In this document: piece by piece, positions 50,621 to 63,900 of the stretch
Layout of the letters: each line of letters opens with the position of its first letter
Numbering within the stretch: the stretch's first letter is position 1
Source: Raillietiella orientalis
Taxonomy: Eukaryota
Assembly: GCA_036172245.1 (NCBI GenBank)
Contig: JAYWIR010000007.1
Coordinates: 1,178,001 to 1,242,000 of the forward strand
Reading direction: 5' to 3'
Length of the DNA stretch: 64,000 bases
Program-made: the position numbers and the translations under genes
Notes under the pieces: model-generated
The model's database searches: none
The model's input: only the letters and a program-made list of their open reading frames with translations
Told to the model about the DNA's origin: nothing

Positions 50621-52299
50621 CGATTTGCCTCTACCTTGGCCTCTACTTCATTCTCGCCCTCAACTTTACTCTAGCCGCTTCTAATCTATGTTGGCTTCTG
50701 CAAATAGTCCATTCTGACTAGCCTAGAAGTCAACTTAAATCTCAATATGTGCCATCATTTTTCTTCTACCCTTGCTCCACAATAAAGTTCTATCTTGTCC
50801 CAGCAGCATCCTGTTACTTTGCTCATTCACCTGCATGCATTTTAACTCTTCCATCAGTACTTTCCTTATACATTAGATTAGTCGTGATTTCAAACAGGGA
50901 ATGGTGCCATTCCATTACTGACTGCTTCCCATCATCAGCACGAGTATCCACAACCATCCTGTTAACATGATTTATTGCCCTCCCTCGACCCACCCTTCCT
51001 ATTTATCTTTTTATTCTGCATCTACCGTCTTCCGTATCCCTGCATTTCTCAAGTGCCTACACGATGTCATAGTGGTTCGATCAACTTCATCCACTATAGT
51101 GATCACAACCTACTTACTGATGCTTAACCCAGGACGAGTAACTGCCATAAGGAGTAGCTCATCCTTGTGCTCATGAATGATCCGCCTGACCACCTGTTCA
51201 CTAAAGTCTCCAAGACGCACGATGCTGTCCATCAGATCGACACCCACCAGACCTCACCTTTCCTCCAGGGTTGCTCCTCGTAATGCTCTGTCTCAGCCTT
51301 TCAGATCCTCTTTACCTCTTCACGGGGTTCTGGCCCTTCGCGGGGTGGTCCACGCGAATCGGGCGTTCACTTCCGTCGGACGGTGCGACTGGCCTCGAAA
51401 GTGCAAGACCAAAGAGCGAGACTGATTGGGGAACGCAAGTTGCCATGAAATCGCCGTGGCGGCAGAACGAACTCCTCCTTTCCTTCTGTCATGTCTGGAG
51501 CCCACTGTGTCTTGTTTGTTTGCCGGGGTCAGGATGACGGTGAGGAAGAGGGGGAGGAGGAGGATCCGATCAGCTGCTCCGCACGGGTGACGTAACCTGC
51601 GTCACGAAAACAGCGAGCCAGTAGGGGCAGAAGCGAATTGACCCGCGCTCTGCTTAGAGGCGGCGCTGGCGTCTAGAACGGCATCGAGTCTCAGGGGGGA
51701 AGGAAAGGGATGGGGGGAGGGAGCTAACGTGGAAGCCGTGGCTCGCAAGAGGTGGATCAGCCACGGCCCTCCGTTCGAGGTGAGCTCTTGCTGGAGGTGG
51801 CGGTGGTGGCCAGGATAGTTTGACACCTGGTTGGTTGGATTTCGTATACCAACAGGAACCCCTATACCCTTATTTTTTTTTTTTTTTTCAGAGGGGAGGA
51901 ACCTGTTTGTGGCCATCACGAGTGCGATGCCCAGGAGGGCTGTCAATCCTGACCAGCTCATCCGGATCCCATGGAAACGCTGCTGTAGAGGGATGCGGTC
52001 TTTTTCCTAGGGAAACCGCGAACTTTGATCTTGCTGCTGCCCGCGGAGGGTGCCGGCGCCGAACCCCCTCGCAAAGTCGCGCTGCTTTGCCAAAAGGAAA
52101 GGGGGGGAGGTCGGAACTTCCCGGAATCTTCCCGTTCCCTAGCTCTGGGACGGTGTCTCTCACCGGGACGCGGACCGGTGAACCTCCTGAGGAAGAGGGC
52201 AGAGAGGGAAGGACCCCTGAACTGCCTTCCCGCCGGCTGGGGGGCGGAGGGACTCTTGCGCTCTCCGCGGGGGCACCCCCTCTGCTGCGACATGGCGCG

Positions 52300-52620
52300 G
52301 CGCGCCCGCGGTGGTCACGTTGCCAAGGAGACGGCGGACGATGCGGGAACTCTGCAGCACGTTCTTCCGAGATGCTCTGGAGGCTGCAACAGAGAGGCCG
52401 TGCTCGCGTCGCAGGGACCTGCCAGCAGAGGAAGGGGGGGATAGGGGGAAGTCCACTCGCAACCTGCCTTCCGCCTTCTCTCGCATGCGGGAAACGGTGG
52501 TCCCCGAGATGCGGGTCGCCCTTGTCCTCATGAGGAGCGCCGAGAGAGCCTCAGCTACGAGACGCCCCTGCGACGTCTGCGGTCCTCCGCACGAGACTCT
52601 CGTCTGACTGAAGTCAGACG
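52300..52620 (+). mobile_element. Possible LINE ORF2 C-terminal remnant
   Basis: ORF 52311-52607 ends PCDVCGPPHETLV, resembling the CxxC...ET..H finger. Confidence 0.25.
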
Positions 52621-54994
52621 GGGTCGCTCTTCATTCCCCCCTCCCGTTTCTCCATCCAACGCGATCCCTCGCAGGTGATGACCGCCGTGGGACCGGACCA
52701 CTCAGACCCCCCTTTTTTTCTCCTTCACCCCCACCGTAGGTGCCGATCTCGAGATGGTGGTGGCGACTGGTGGATGCGCCCCTCTGGCTGACGCGCTTCG
52801 TTTCGCACGCCCTCAAAGTGTTCCCCTCCCACTTCCTCCGTGACTCTGCGACCCGTGGTAGCTACCGAACCTATCTGAGGTCACCGCTGCTGCTTTCCTG
52901 AAGGGCCCTTCTTGAGTACCTTTCTTGGAGGTTTCCTTTGTGGGCGGCAGGGAGGGGCCGAGCTCTCCACCTGCACGCGCGCCGCTCGATCCAGGTGGCG
53001 GCTCTTGGCGCTCGAGCAACGGCTCCCCCCGTAGGACCTCCGTCTAGGCACGCGCTCTGGGCACCAGGAGCTCTCGCGTGCGGCTCGCGGGAGCGCGGGA
53101 TGCTGCTGCAGCTGAAGATACTCGGAGCTCTATCGATCTTGTCCCTTCGCTGCCGGAGCGGAGGGGAGGAACGCTCCGGGGACAGCGGCACCTCCCTGTC
53201 GCTTCGCGCTCCGGGAGTAGGCGACTCGATCTCGGTTCGCGGTTCGGAGTGCAGATGGCAGCAGTGCCGAGCCAACCGCGTCGCGCGCAGCGGCGGAAAT
53301 CCCACCTGCGCAGCTCCTTCCCTAGGCGTTATGCATCGAATTTGACGAATGGGGAGAGAAGCTGTGCCCCCGTCCACAGCTGCTTCGGGGCGCTTAGTGA
53401 TGATGGAGGCGTAGTGGAGACGGTCATCCGGTGGACGACGGCCCTCCGCCCGGTCCGGAGGCACCCCGGGTGGACGGTCGGCGCGCAGGCAGCACGGGAA
53501 GGTCCTCCCACCCCATCGCCCTCGACCCCATTCGCCAGGTTCTGCAAGGGGGTCCGAGGGCGGGGAGGAGATGGCGACGCTGGGGAGGGTTCCCTTTTCT
53601 CCGTTCCACCCACCCCCTGGAGGCAGCGGCACTGCCGGGAACTCGTCTCGGGCTGCGAGTGCGACGGGCTGCCCCCAAAGGACCCCCGAGTAGCGGCAAG
53701 CAGGGAAGAAGGAAGGGTCCTTCCCGCGCGCGGCTCGCAGCATCCACGGAGCGCATCTTCCGGGAGGCGGCCACCCTCCCGCGGGCCACCCCCACCCAGT
53801 TCTTCCAGGACTCGAGGGGGAGAGACAAGGAAGGAACAGGGGGTGGAGGTCGTCGCCGCCACCGGAACGGCGGTCCCCCGATGCGTGGGAACCGGAAACC
53901 CCACCTTCGCCCGACAGAGGTCCTTTCGCGCCCCCGTCGTGCCCCCGGTGGTCGCGGTGGGCTACCCGAGCAGCCCGCAGGGACGCCGAGAGCGTTCCCG
54001 GAACGAACCTACCCCCTCCCCCTCCTTGGGGTGGTCATGGCTGCTGCCTCTTCGCGAGAGGTTCGGTACGTGGGGAAGCCGCGGGGGGGTGCCCCTGCTG
54101 ATCTCCCAGCCTCCTCCGGAAGCACAATCGCGAGCGACTCGCTGCCGTGGGCCTGAGCGAGGTCATCGCGTCGGGGCCTGCCGAAGTGCGGGGAAGGCTC
54201 GCGCCGGCCCCTCCCCTACCTTCTCTGAGGGAAGAGCGCGCGGTCGCTCAGGGAAACCGCGTGTCCACGATCCCCAGTTTATGGAGGGGCGGGAGTTCCT
54301 CCTGTTCCTCGGCTGCGGGCGACTTGTCGGGAAGCGCCTCCCGGCGAGGACCGGGGGAGGGAGCCATCGGGGAAGAAGGAGGCGACCGACTGGCGGCGCG
54401 CTGTCCGGAGGGGGTGAGGGATCCCCCTCTCCTTCTCTGCTCTTCCGAGGGAGGAGTTTCCAGGACCTCTCGGGAGGTGGCATCCCCTCGCCTGATTCGT
54501 TCGCACGCAGGTTCCGGACCCATTCCGGTGGACCTGGCGGCGGCGACCCGCGAGGCTTCTGGCGATCTCCTCCAGGCGAACCCACGCGGGATCCTGGGCC
54601 GTAGAACTCCCGCGCGATCGATACAAGGCAGTCAAGGCAGCCCAGGGCGGGCCGCCCTTGCTAGGTGTCGCCGACGGCGCCCACAGGGGGACGGCGCGGC
54701 CCACCCGCACAGCGGCGAGACATCCTTCCGCACCGAGGGTTTCGTCATCACCCCACACGTGGCGGCTTCGCAGGCGCCATAAAAAGCGGGGAGAATCCGT
54801 TGGGTAGAGGTCGCGGAGTCCCGCGCGCCGCTCGCCTGCGCCGCCGACTGGTTCTCGGGAGAACAGAGCCGCCGACGGGCGGGCGAGGAAACCAAACCGC
54901 CGCCGTAGGGAGCGGCGAATTTCCCTCCCGGTCTGCGCGGGGATATTTCCTTCATGGGGAGGGGGGGGGGGGAAGAGGACGAACCAGCTGAGAA

Positions 54995-56560
54995 GGGCGT
55001 TGCCACCTGGTCACACCGGGGCGTTTATTAAAAAAATTGACATTCTTCGGGGTACAAGACCCCGCCACGGCCAGCACATCAATGGGAGGGTCGTCGGTAC
55101 GCAGACCGACTCGACTCTCCTCGGCAGCGGAGGGGGGTGAGGAAAAAAGCAAAAGGAAAAATAAAAGAAACACTTTGGAGGGCCGGGAAGGGATCACTGT
55201 CCTCTTGCAGGAGGGTCCATCCTTTGCAGGATGCCGTCGAGGTCCATCCGTATGCTTCCCAGGTGGGGGCAATCCGCAGGAAGCGAATTGCAAATTCGAT
55301 GGCGTCGCTTTCTCTGATTCCTCTGTTGGCTTCACTCTACGCATTCAGATAATCCCTCGGATGCAGCAAAAGTGCTGTCAGGGCTGAGTCTGGTTGCAGG
55401 GCGTCCCGCGCAAAGAGAAGCCGTAGAACGTCCTGGAGGGCTGCCAACCGGGATCCATGGGGTCGTTGAGAAACGTTCCCAAAGGGTCCGAAGGGCAACG
55501 CAGTTCACTAACAGGTGGAGGAAGGATTCCCTTTTCCTCACCTAGCACAGTTGGGGTTCACCCTCCCCAGCGTCCAGTGGTGGAGGGGCGCGTTGCAGGG
55601 GAGACCGCAGTGCCACACCAGAAGCGCCGACTCCTGATACTTCAGGGGGAGAGTGCTCGAGTCTTTCAACACTGGGGGCCACTCCAGGTCATCCGTCGGG
55701 ATGCTGAGCAGCTCGTCCCATCTCCATAGTCCTCGCGGAAGGACACTTGGGGTCGTGGTATCCGCCAGCTGTCCCATGGTCCAACCGCTCGTCAACTTTT
55801 CCCTGCCTTCGATCCGGCAGAAAACCTTCCACCTCGGAGTCCGGCTTCTGCTTAGTTCCCTTCTTAGAAAGGGCATCCACGTGGCGAGGGGGGTCGTCCC
55901 CGCCCACGTGCTCCTGGCTCAACACTCCAGTATCTTCTGCGGCGGGCAGTGGGAGTAGGCACCGGCTCGCAGGCAGTTCCATGCTTCACTCCTAAGCTGG
56001 TTAATCTTCGTTCACATGCCAACTGTTTCCACTAGCCATGCGCTGGAGTTGGCGGGGCTGCACACCATCCATTCGTTCTCCTTTGTCAGGGTGGCCATGC
56101 GTCCGAGAAGGCCGCATCTTATCTTTCGGCCGGAGCACAAAAGATGAGACGCGAGTCCTTGCGCCCTGGATACACGGCTGGCAAGGAGGCGAGCCGGAAC
56201 GCACCAAGAGGTGCTCTAGTACTTCGCTGCAATGGCCATGGTTCGCCATCGCATCTGTATCTCCATCGGCTCCAACGTCAGGAGGCCAAGACCGCCGTCC
56301 TGACGCGGAGCGCTAAGTCCATCAACGGGACTCAGAGCCTACCGTTGCCCCACAGGGCGATGCTCAGGAGGTCCTTAGTCCATTTTTTCAACAAGAGGGA
56401 GACGGGGCAAACAAAAAGCAGGGAACGAAGGATAAGGGCCGCAAACGCGTTCCATACCGCATCGCGTTCCGGCAAGTGAAACTTGCCTTCCAGGAACGGG
56501 GCGGATAGTGTCAACTTGCTAGTGTCGTTCGCTACGAGAATCGAGGTCAATCCTTCGCAG
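54995..56560 (-). mobile_element. 5'-truncated L1/Tx1-like LINE, frameshifted ORF2 C-terminus and 3' UTR
   Basis: VWNAFAALILRSLLFVCPVSLLLKKWTKDLLSIALWG, DGGLGLLTLEPME, LPLKYQESALLVWHCGLP, and a frameshifted CCHC finger (NPNCAR...RESFLHLLVNC). AATAAA on - at 55024-55029, followed by the same terminal hairpin as family A. Confidence 0.8.
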
Positions 56561-57291
56561 CCGGTCGCTCTTGTGAGGAGGCGTGTGGGTGCGCACCAGG
56601 GCGTTGTCCGTACCTTCGCCGCAAGGGCAGCCGGCTAGACGAGGGAGGCAGTGAGATGGTGGCAGCTCCTCCAGGAAAAAGTTGCCCAGAGGGTTCGGCA
56701 GCATTCAGCTCCAGTTTCAGGAATGATGGAGTGTAGCCCTCATGAAAGGTCCCTGTCCTCTTCCCCCTTCCCCCGTGTCAGTTGTTTGTTGCCCCCCCCC
56801 AGGATGCCCTAATTGTCGGCCTGAGGGTCGGTGGTCATTTCCTCTGGCCTTTTTTTTCTTTTTCAATCGTCTTTTTAAATGAACATCCCGGCGCCACCGG
56901 CGCCAAACGAAGAGGCCGCCGTGGAGATGCGCGTAAAGGTGGCGTCCAACGCCAACACCGGCGGTAGTCGCAGCCTCCGAACTCTTTCCCTCCTCTCGCC
57001 CTTCCTTCGGGACGTGTTCCGCGCCTCCGGGGCACGTCCGCGTCCCTTCCCGTTCCCGCAGCGAGGAAGGAGAGGGCACGGGAAGGAGGAGAGCGGTCTA
57101 GAGGGTCCCGTTCTCACCCGCTTCCCGAAGGAGGTGGCAGCGCCCGGTCAAGGAAGGGGTCCAGGGACGCGAGCGAGCGCGCCATCCCACCTGAGAGCTC
57201 CTGGCAACCACCACGTGGTTTATTCGGGGCCGCGCAGTCTGTGGAGACTGCGAGGGAGTTGCGGCGCAGACGGGAAGGGCCTCGGGCGGGG

Positions 57292-60200
57292 TCAACGGCA
57301 CCAGTTGTCTCTGTCCGCGTATTTATTGAAGACTTGTTGGAGAAACGGTCGCACTCCTGGAAGAGGGTGAGGAACCATGGCAACGCCGTTCTCCCCCTCC
57401 CCCTCATCTCCGCCGACCTACTTGATATCTCCGTGTAGATACCGGGCTTGTCCGGTCTGCCGCATCCGGCGCCGTCGACCACGATCCCGGCCAGGAACTT
57501 CCTGGACTCGACGCCTTCCACCGTCAGGGGGCCTCCGCTGTCTCCCTGCAAGCGGAGGGCCGGCCCAGTCAGAAGAGCTCGGAAGGTCTGATGCACCCCC
57601 CTCCTCACCCGAGAGAGTCTGCTCGCACACGCGCAGAGTCCCTTCGGCGCTCCCGAGACCGCTCTGCAGGAGGCCCCGGAAGAGTGCTTCCTCGGGTCGC
57701 GCGCTTTCCGCGTCCTCGGATCCCCGCAACCGTGAAGGGGACCGAGGGGATGGGCCAAAGAGCGATCTCTGCGCGCTGGAGACTTCCCGCGCCCCCGGGG
57801 GCGCGCGTCTGCTGCGGCCCTCCAGTCGCCCCGTACGCGCGAGGGGGCTGCCACCTGACCGAACGGGACGAGGGAAGGACGAGCAGGGAGAGCCGCCCGC
57901 GATCCAGCATGTCTCTCCCCTGGGGGAGGGGGGCGCGGTCAGGGCTCCGGGACGGGGTGGCGCTTCCCGTTCCTCGCCCTGACCCTTCCGCACGGCGCCG
58001 CTTCGGGCCGAAGATGCAACGAAGGGGGAAGGAGGAGCGGAGGAGAGCATCCCTCAGGTCCCTTCGCCACGGGGAATCACTCCCGCGTTCCCGAGGGGCC
58101 AGCATCCTCGCCTCGAGTTCCAGGAAGTAGCAGTCGATGCAGCACGTCGGTCCTTCGTTTCGCACCAGGCAGGTTCGGCCCGGATGTCCACCTGACTTGC
58201 GTCAGAGACTCCACCCGGATCCTCCCCTCCCAAGGAGATCTCTGAGGATCCTGTTGGGACACGCCTACGGAGCAAGGAAGGCATCGGCGTCGGCTACCAG
58301 GGAGAGCCCTCCTTCCAGATTTCCTCATCGCACTTCCGCTCTTCTCCTCTCCTGATCCAGAAAGACTAAAAAGATTGTAGCAGGGAAAAGAAAAAAGGGG
58401 CACCCTCCAAGGGTGGCTGAAATCGGGCAGAGGGCCTTCGAGGGGCGCGTCGGCTTGGAGAAGGAGAAAGGGAGGAGGAAGAACTTCATTAGTGGAGGAT
58501 CGCTCAGCAAAGTGTCCTGATAGTTGGGAAGAAACCCGGAGGGGAGGGCGAGTGACTTCCTGGATAATCCCCACGCTAAATATGCATGGGGTCGCTGCTT
58601 CCAGAGTCAATTACCGCCGTTAGTGGGGAGAGGGATGGAAGAAGAAACCCAGTGCGAGTTCTTGTTGGCTACGGTTACCGGTCAACACTGCACCAGCGCG
58701 CCCACCTTCTGACCCCCCGCTTTTTCCTTCCCCTCATCCCCATCATGTTTTTGGGACGCCTCCCGTTCCCTCCGCCGCCGCAACCGCCTCCGATGGAGCC
58801 CCGTAGTCGTCCGTGCGCGGACGTCCACTCGGGAAGCGACGGGAGGTGGCGATCGCTCCAGCCTCCTTCGAGCTGCTCCAAGAGGCGGAGGAACGAGTTG
58901 GCGAAGGGTGGTGGTGGTGGTGGTGGATCTTTTCTCTTTCTAAGGGCACCTCCTCCTCTTCCCCTTCCTCATGGGGAACGGGAAAGGATCACTCCCTGCT
59001 TTCCCCCTCCTTTGGGCGGAGGATCATCGCGAGCGTCCTCCCCGAGCGGCGCTACGATCGCAGCTGCTGGGGCGCCAACTGTAGCGGCGCAGTCTTCCGG
59101 GACCTCCTCTAGGCGAGATGATTTTTTTTGTTTCGCCTGCCTTGCGGAGGTCCTGGAAGCGCTGCGCTCCCGGGTTGGAGTCCTGAAGAAACGGCAATGA
59201 GGCTACCGGCCGAGAAGGAGGATGTCTCTAGAAAGGAGGCGCAGAGCCATTTCTGGCGCATGCAGGCGGCGACTGTCCCCCTCGGGATTCCGCAGCGCCT
59301 GCTGACCTGGCACGCGTCCTTGCGCTGGTACGGGTCACCTGCACAAAAGGCCGTCGAGGCCAGGGACGTCTCGTAGTACTGGAGGCACTGGTCATGGGAG
59401 ATGATGGTCACGTCGACGGCCTGCAGCCTCTTCAAATAGGTGCCACCTGTGCGGGAGAAGAAGAGGGAGGCGACGGATGAGAGTCCTCCCTGGGGGGGAG
59501 AGACGCGGCGATTGGCTCCGAAGAAAGCCTCCACTGGGGGAGGGTCTGTCCCTCTTCGCTCCACACTCGAGCAAAGGGCTGGAGACAGTAGCGTGCGCGG
59601 CGGGAAGGCGACGAAAGAGTGAGCGCGTTCCGCCGTACGCGCTACTGTCGTCAGGCCTCCTCCCCTCTCTCTGGAGCCAACCCGCGGCTCCCCGACCTCC
59701 CGCAGACTCACCATACCTCGTGCTGCCCCACCCGCACACCTCGGCCCTGAGGCCGACGAAAGACTGTGTCTCTTGCGCGAAGCACACGGGCGACAGCAAC
59801 GATTGCCGGTAGTAGTACGTGAGGTCTATGTGCTGGGTCAGCCGGATCACGGCCACATCGTATTGCATGGGCTTCGCACCGTGGACGAACTGCCGCGGTA
59901 GCAGCACCCTGCCGACGTTGTACGATGGGCCCGAGTCGTCTCTTTCGGTCAGAATGCCGATCCTCACTTTCAGGTCCCACGGAGTCTTCACGTACCTGGA
60001 AATGCCGTGCCATCTCGGAAGGGGGGAGGGGACAGCCGCGTTTCCCCCGGGTCCGAGGCGGGAGCGGACGGAAGCGCGATAGCAGCGGCAAGAGGCGGCT
60101 GCTCCGAGAGCGCGAGGTTGGTTCGCTCATACTCTGGCAGATGCCACGAGGGACGAAGTGGTCCCCCTTTGAGACCGCCGAGTAGCGTCTTAGAGCGTGG

Positions 60201-60919
60201 AACACAAGCCCCGCGCTCCTGGGAAGGAAAGGAGAAAGAGAAAAGGAGGGAAGTGCCCTCCGTCCCTCCTTCGAACGGGTCACCCCCGTCCTTGACTTCC
60301 ACCCGCCCGGAAGCGGCTTCTGCTCTCCGTCCAGCGAGTCGCGCAGCGCTGAAGGCATGGTGCCATTCGGACAGCGCTGCCCGACGCGCTTGCGCCCTCG
60401 AGCTCTTACCGGAAGACACAGTGGGCGGCGGTGACGAAGCTGGCGCTGTTGACATGCACTGCGGAGCACAGGAACTGGCCTCTGCTGTAGATGATCGCCC
60501 ACCAGGGGAACTCTCCCTTCCTGGCGTCCCTGCCGCCGACGATCCTGTCCCGGGACATCCGCGAGCGGAGGTGCCGCTTCCCGCACTCTGTCAGGAGAAG
60601 CGCCCGTCCCTCCGCCACCCTAGGGCGCTCGCCCGCACTCACTACAATCGGAGTACCTCCAGAGGGCTCGAAGCGGCGCGCCCACGTAGGAGCCGTTGAG
60701 AGGGGAGGCGGCGGCGGTCGGCTGGAACACAGACACGGAGTCCGGAGTCCCACGGGGAAAGGGAGACGGGGAACGGGAAGGAGCCCACTCTACTCCTCCT
60801 ATCCCCCTCCCCAGCCTACGGCTTCCGCTTGCTCCACTCAGCGGAGGAGTTACCTGGGGGGGCACCTGCGCCACAGAGAGCGCGGCGAACAGCAGCACCA
60901 GCAGAACGCGCGCACCCAT
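57292..60919 (-). CDS. Secreted trypsin-like serine protease (peptidase S1A), 7 exons, about 311 aa
   Basis: Exons 60919-60854, 60721-60643, 60587-60410, 59995-59712, 59446-59307, 57545-57422 and 57356-57292; all introns are GT-AG with consistent phases (936 nt total). Protein: signal peptide MGARVLLVLLFAALSVA, pro-region ending DCKCGKRHLRSRMSRDR|IVGG, TAAHC (His57), YDVAV (Asp102), GWG, KDACQ|GDSGGP (Asp189, Ser195), CGRPDKPGIYTEISRVRPFLQQVFNKYADRDNWCR*. AATAAA on - at 57219-57224. Confidence 0.93.
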
Positions 60920-63900
60920 ACGTGCGCCAGGAATCCGTAGAAACACCCGGAGCGCGGGTCCTTATCCAGGGAGCGCACTTGTGCGTGCATTTGCGCCTCG
61001 CGCCCCACGCGGGAGGACGCAGGGGGCTTCGGGGAGCCAAGCGTTGCGCAACGATCGGTCCGCGGCGTCCGGGAGCTCGTGGGCCCGGACTCCGGACTCT
61101 GTCCCTGAGGGTCTCCCGCTCGGGGAAGCCGCGGGCCGCACAATGGCGGTTGCAGAGGAGACGGAGCTCGGCTCCCTCCCTTCCCGAGGGACGAAGAGGG
61201 CGGCCACCCTTCCCGAAGAGGTCCGAGAGGCCTCCCGAGCGAATTCCGCTAGGGACCTGGTCGCGGGAGCAGCAGAAGGAAGCAGCCACTTCTGTGGGGG
61301 AAGGGAGAGAGCTTGGGGTGTGGGTTCGCGTAGGGCGCGCCCCCTCAGCCGCAGTCGGTTTGCAGTCGCCCTCGCCGGCGCGCGCGCAGTCCCGGCGAAA
61401 AAAAAAAAAAAAAAATCTGCCTGCTCGCCGCCGCCGCTCCACTGGACCGTGCCATGAGGGAGGAGCCACATGAGCCTCCCCTCCGTTAGGGAGAGAGGCA
61501 GGCAGGGCCCACAGATCAGTAGGGGAGGGGGCGGACCGTCCACGCGGCACTTGGCACAATTCTCCGGGGCAAGGGTAGAGGGCAGGGCCGCGTTTCGGGT
61601 TGATCCCCGAAGACCATCACCCGATGCGCCATCACCCGAAGACTCCCTGTCGCCCCTCGCCGCGCGCGAGCAGGAGACCGCCGACCCTCCTGGAAAGGGG
61701 TTATCGGCTCCCAGGAGTTGGCCGGGATCTCCCTCGGGAAACATCAGAGACGCACTCAATCCGCCACCCCCTCCGCGGCTCCCGAGCGAGGTCTCTGGAG
61801 ACGACCATGCCCTCTGGACTCACTTCTTCTTCCTCCCGTCGCCGCTGTAGGCGCCCCGGGTGTCCTCGCACTGGGAACTCGGAGGAAACGTACGGAGCGG
61901 CGTCGCGGACTTTACCCTTGCCTGCCGCTGCTCGGGACCGTGAAGGTCGCTGCTTAGGGGGCGGCTCTCTCCCCCGTTAGGCGGGGTTCCCATCGAGGTG
62001 GGAATCGCAGAGTCCTTCGATCTGGCGCAGTCCACCAGCGCATCCGACCCCGGGGTCTCCGGGGCTCATAGAGCAGGCCATGAAGAAGAGGTTCCGAGCC
62101 ACGCTGTGCCGAGAGGGCGGAGGGGATTTGCTGTCCCGGAAAAAGGGGAGGCGAGGGAGGGAAGGACCCTACCGCGGGGGGTGGCTCAGCGGTGGACGCC
62201 GCTGAGCCACGACTTCCGCCTACTGATCTGGACGCCAGCGCCCTTATAGATGACCTCGAAGGACGTCTGCGGAGGGACTGCCAGGGCGGGCACAGGGCCA
62301 GTCAGGAGGAGGGGTGTAAGTGGCGACCCTGCGCCTCGCCGCGTAGCCACCTCCGCAGGGGGGGCTGCTCCGGCTGCAGGAGGGACGCACTCACATGCAT
62401 GGAGAGCGTGTCGGAACCTGCGGGCGGGGGTAGGACAGGCGTACCCCTTGGTTGCTGTGGATTGCGTTGCCGTCTCGCGCGAGGAGCGGAGAGAGACGCC
62501 TGAGCGCCGAAGACCCGCAGCAGGTGCGCTCCGGGCCGATCGCCTCCAAGCGCTGCGGTCTCGGGAGGAACGGATGGGACTGCGAGGACTTCCGCGTTCC
62601 GGGAGGCCGGAAGAGGTCCCTGCAGAGCGTTGCTTCGGTCCCCTCGGGGAACGGCTGACAAAGAGGGCGGTGGCGACCGGCAGCCGCGCGCGGAGACCTC
62701 GGCTCGGCTGCTGCCGCCATCGGCCGGTGGCGGCCGAGTTCAAACGGTTCCGCGCGCAAAAACGGAAGTGGAAGGAAAAGCTCGGAGGCTGTCGAAGCGT
62801 CTCCCTTTCAAGGTTGGGGAATGCTGGCTGGCGGTGTAGGGGAATCTTTGCGAGGACGGAGGGCGCGGCAGGAGGGACCCTTGTGCCTCCAGGCGGTCGA
62901 CTGGCTGCTCTTCCGGTGCCGGCTGACCGACTTGCACGAGCTACAGAAGGAGATCGGTCGCGTGGGAAGGCGTCCGCACGAACCCGCCTTCCAGTACTGG
63001 TCGAGGCCCGGCGACTGATCAGTTCCGACCCGCGTCTCCTCGGAGGCGTCCAGAACCTGACCGGAGACATGCCGACGAGCATTCCCGCCATCACAGATCG
63101 TCCGGTGGGATCATTCGGGGTCTCTCTGAGGGCACCGTGCGCGCGCGGTCGTCGATGGTCGGGCGGACACATTGCATGCCCTGAAGGAGTGGCTCGCGTC
63201 CCACATCGGTCTAGAATGGAGGACCGCGCAACTCGTGGCATCTGCCAGAGCCGAACCAACCGCCATCTGCTGCTCCTGCAGGACGCCTCATGTCGCTGAT
63301 GACGTCTTGGCGCTGGTATAGCTCTGCCCTCTTCGGCCGTTCGTCGTCGGTTACCCGAGAGATCTCCCACCGTGCCCCTACCCTCTTTTTTTCTCCCTCT
63401 TCCTCTTCCTTCCGGGGAGCCACCATCCCTCCTCACGAGCTAGCAAACGTGGAGATGGCGGCGGCGCGCCTCGAGCCATCCGCTGCTCCCCTGAACCTTC
63501 CGGCTGCCGAGGACGCCTCTCCACCTGGTCCGGAGACTCGCGCCACCCTTATGGCAAGATAGCCTGTGACTGCTCCGTGGCCGTGGGCCCTCTGAAACGG
63601 AGAGCCCTTCGCCATGGCAGCGGCGTGAGAAAGGGGGGCGCCTCCTCTCGAGCGTGCGGTGAAGTCCCATCGTTGTGATGGACCAGGCGCGGCGTCGGAA
63701 GAACAAGGGGAAGAAGACTTTCGGTGGCTGTGGGGCGTGCGCCGGAAGCGTCCCTGCACTCGTCTGCGCCGGGGGCGCTCCCCCCGGAGGCGCTATCCTA
63801 GAGCCAGCGTGGTCCTCCCACTCGACCGCCGTCCCGGGGTGGCGCTCGATACTCCATCTCCATCACAGGGACGCGCGTCCGCGCTCTGTCGCCCTCGTAG

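Noticed and set aside
50640..51280. RT-like traces (RADD, VITIVDEV) on - and an R1-like trace at 58450-58720 on +
   Set aside because: Too degenerate to support a call by eye; would need RepeatMasker or a profile search.
57114..57421. Long read-through C-terminus of the protease (SRSAEMRGRGRTALPW...)
   Set aside because: A 65-nt GT-AG intron (57421-57357) restores a normal S1A C-terminal helix, followed by a stop and AATAAA.
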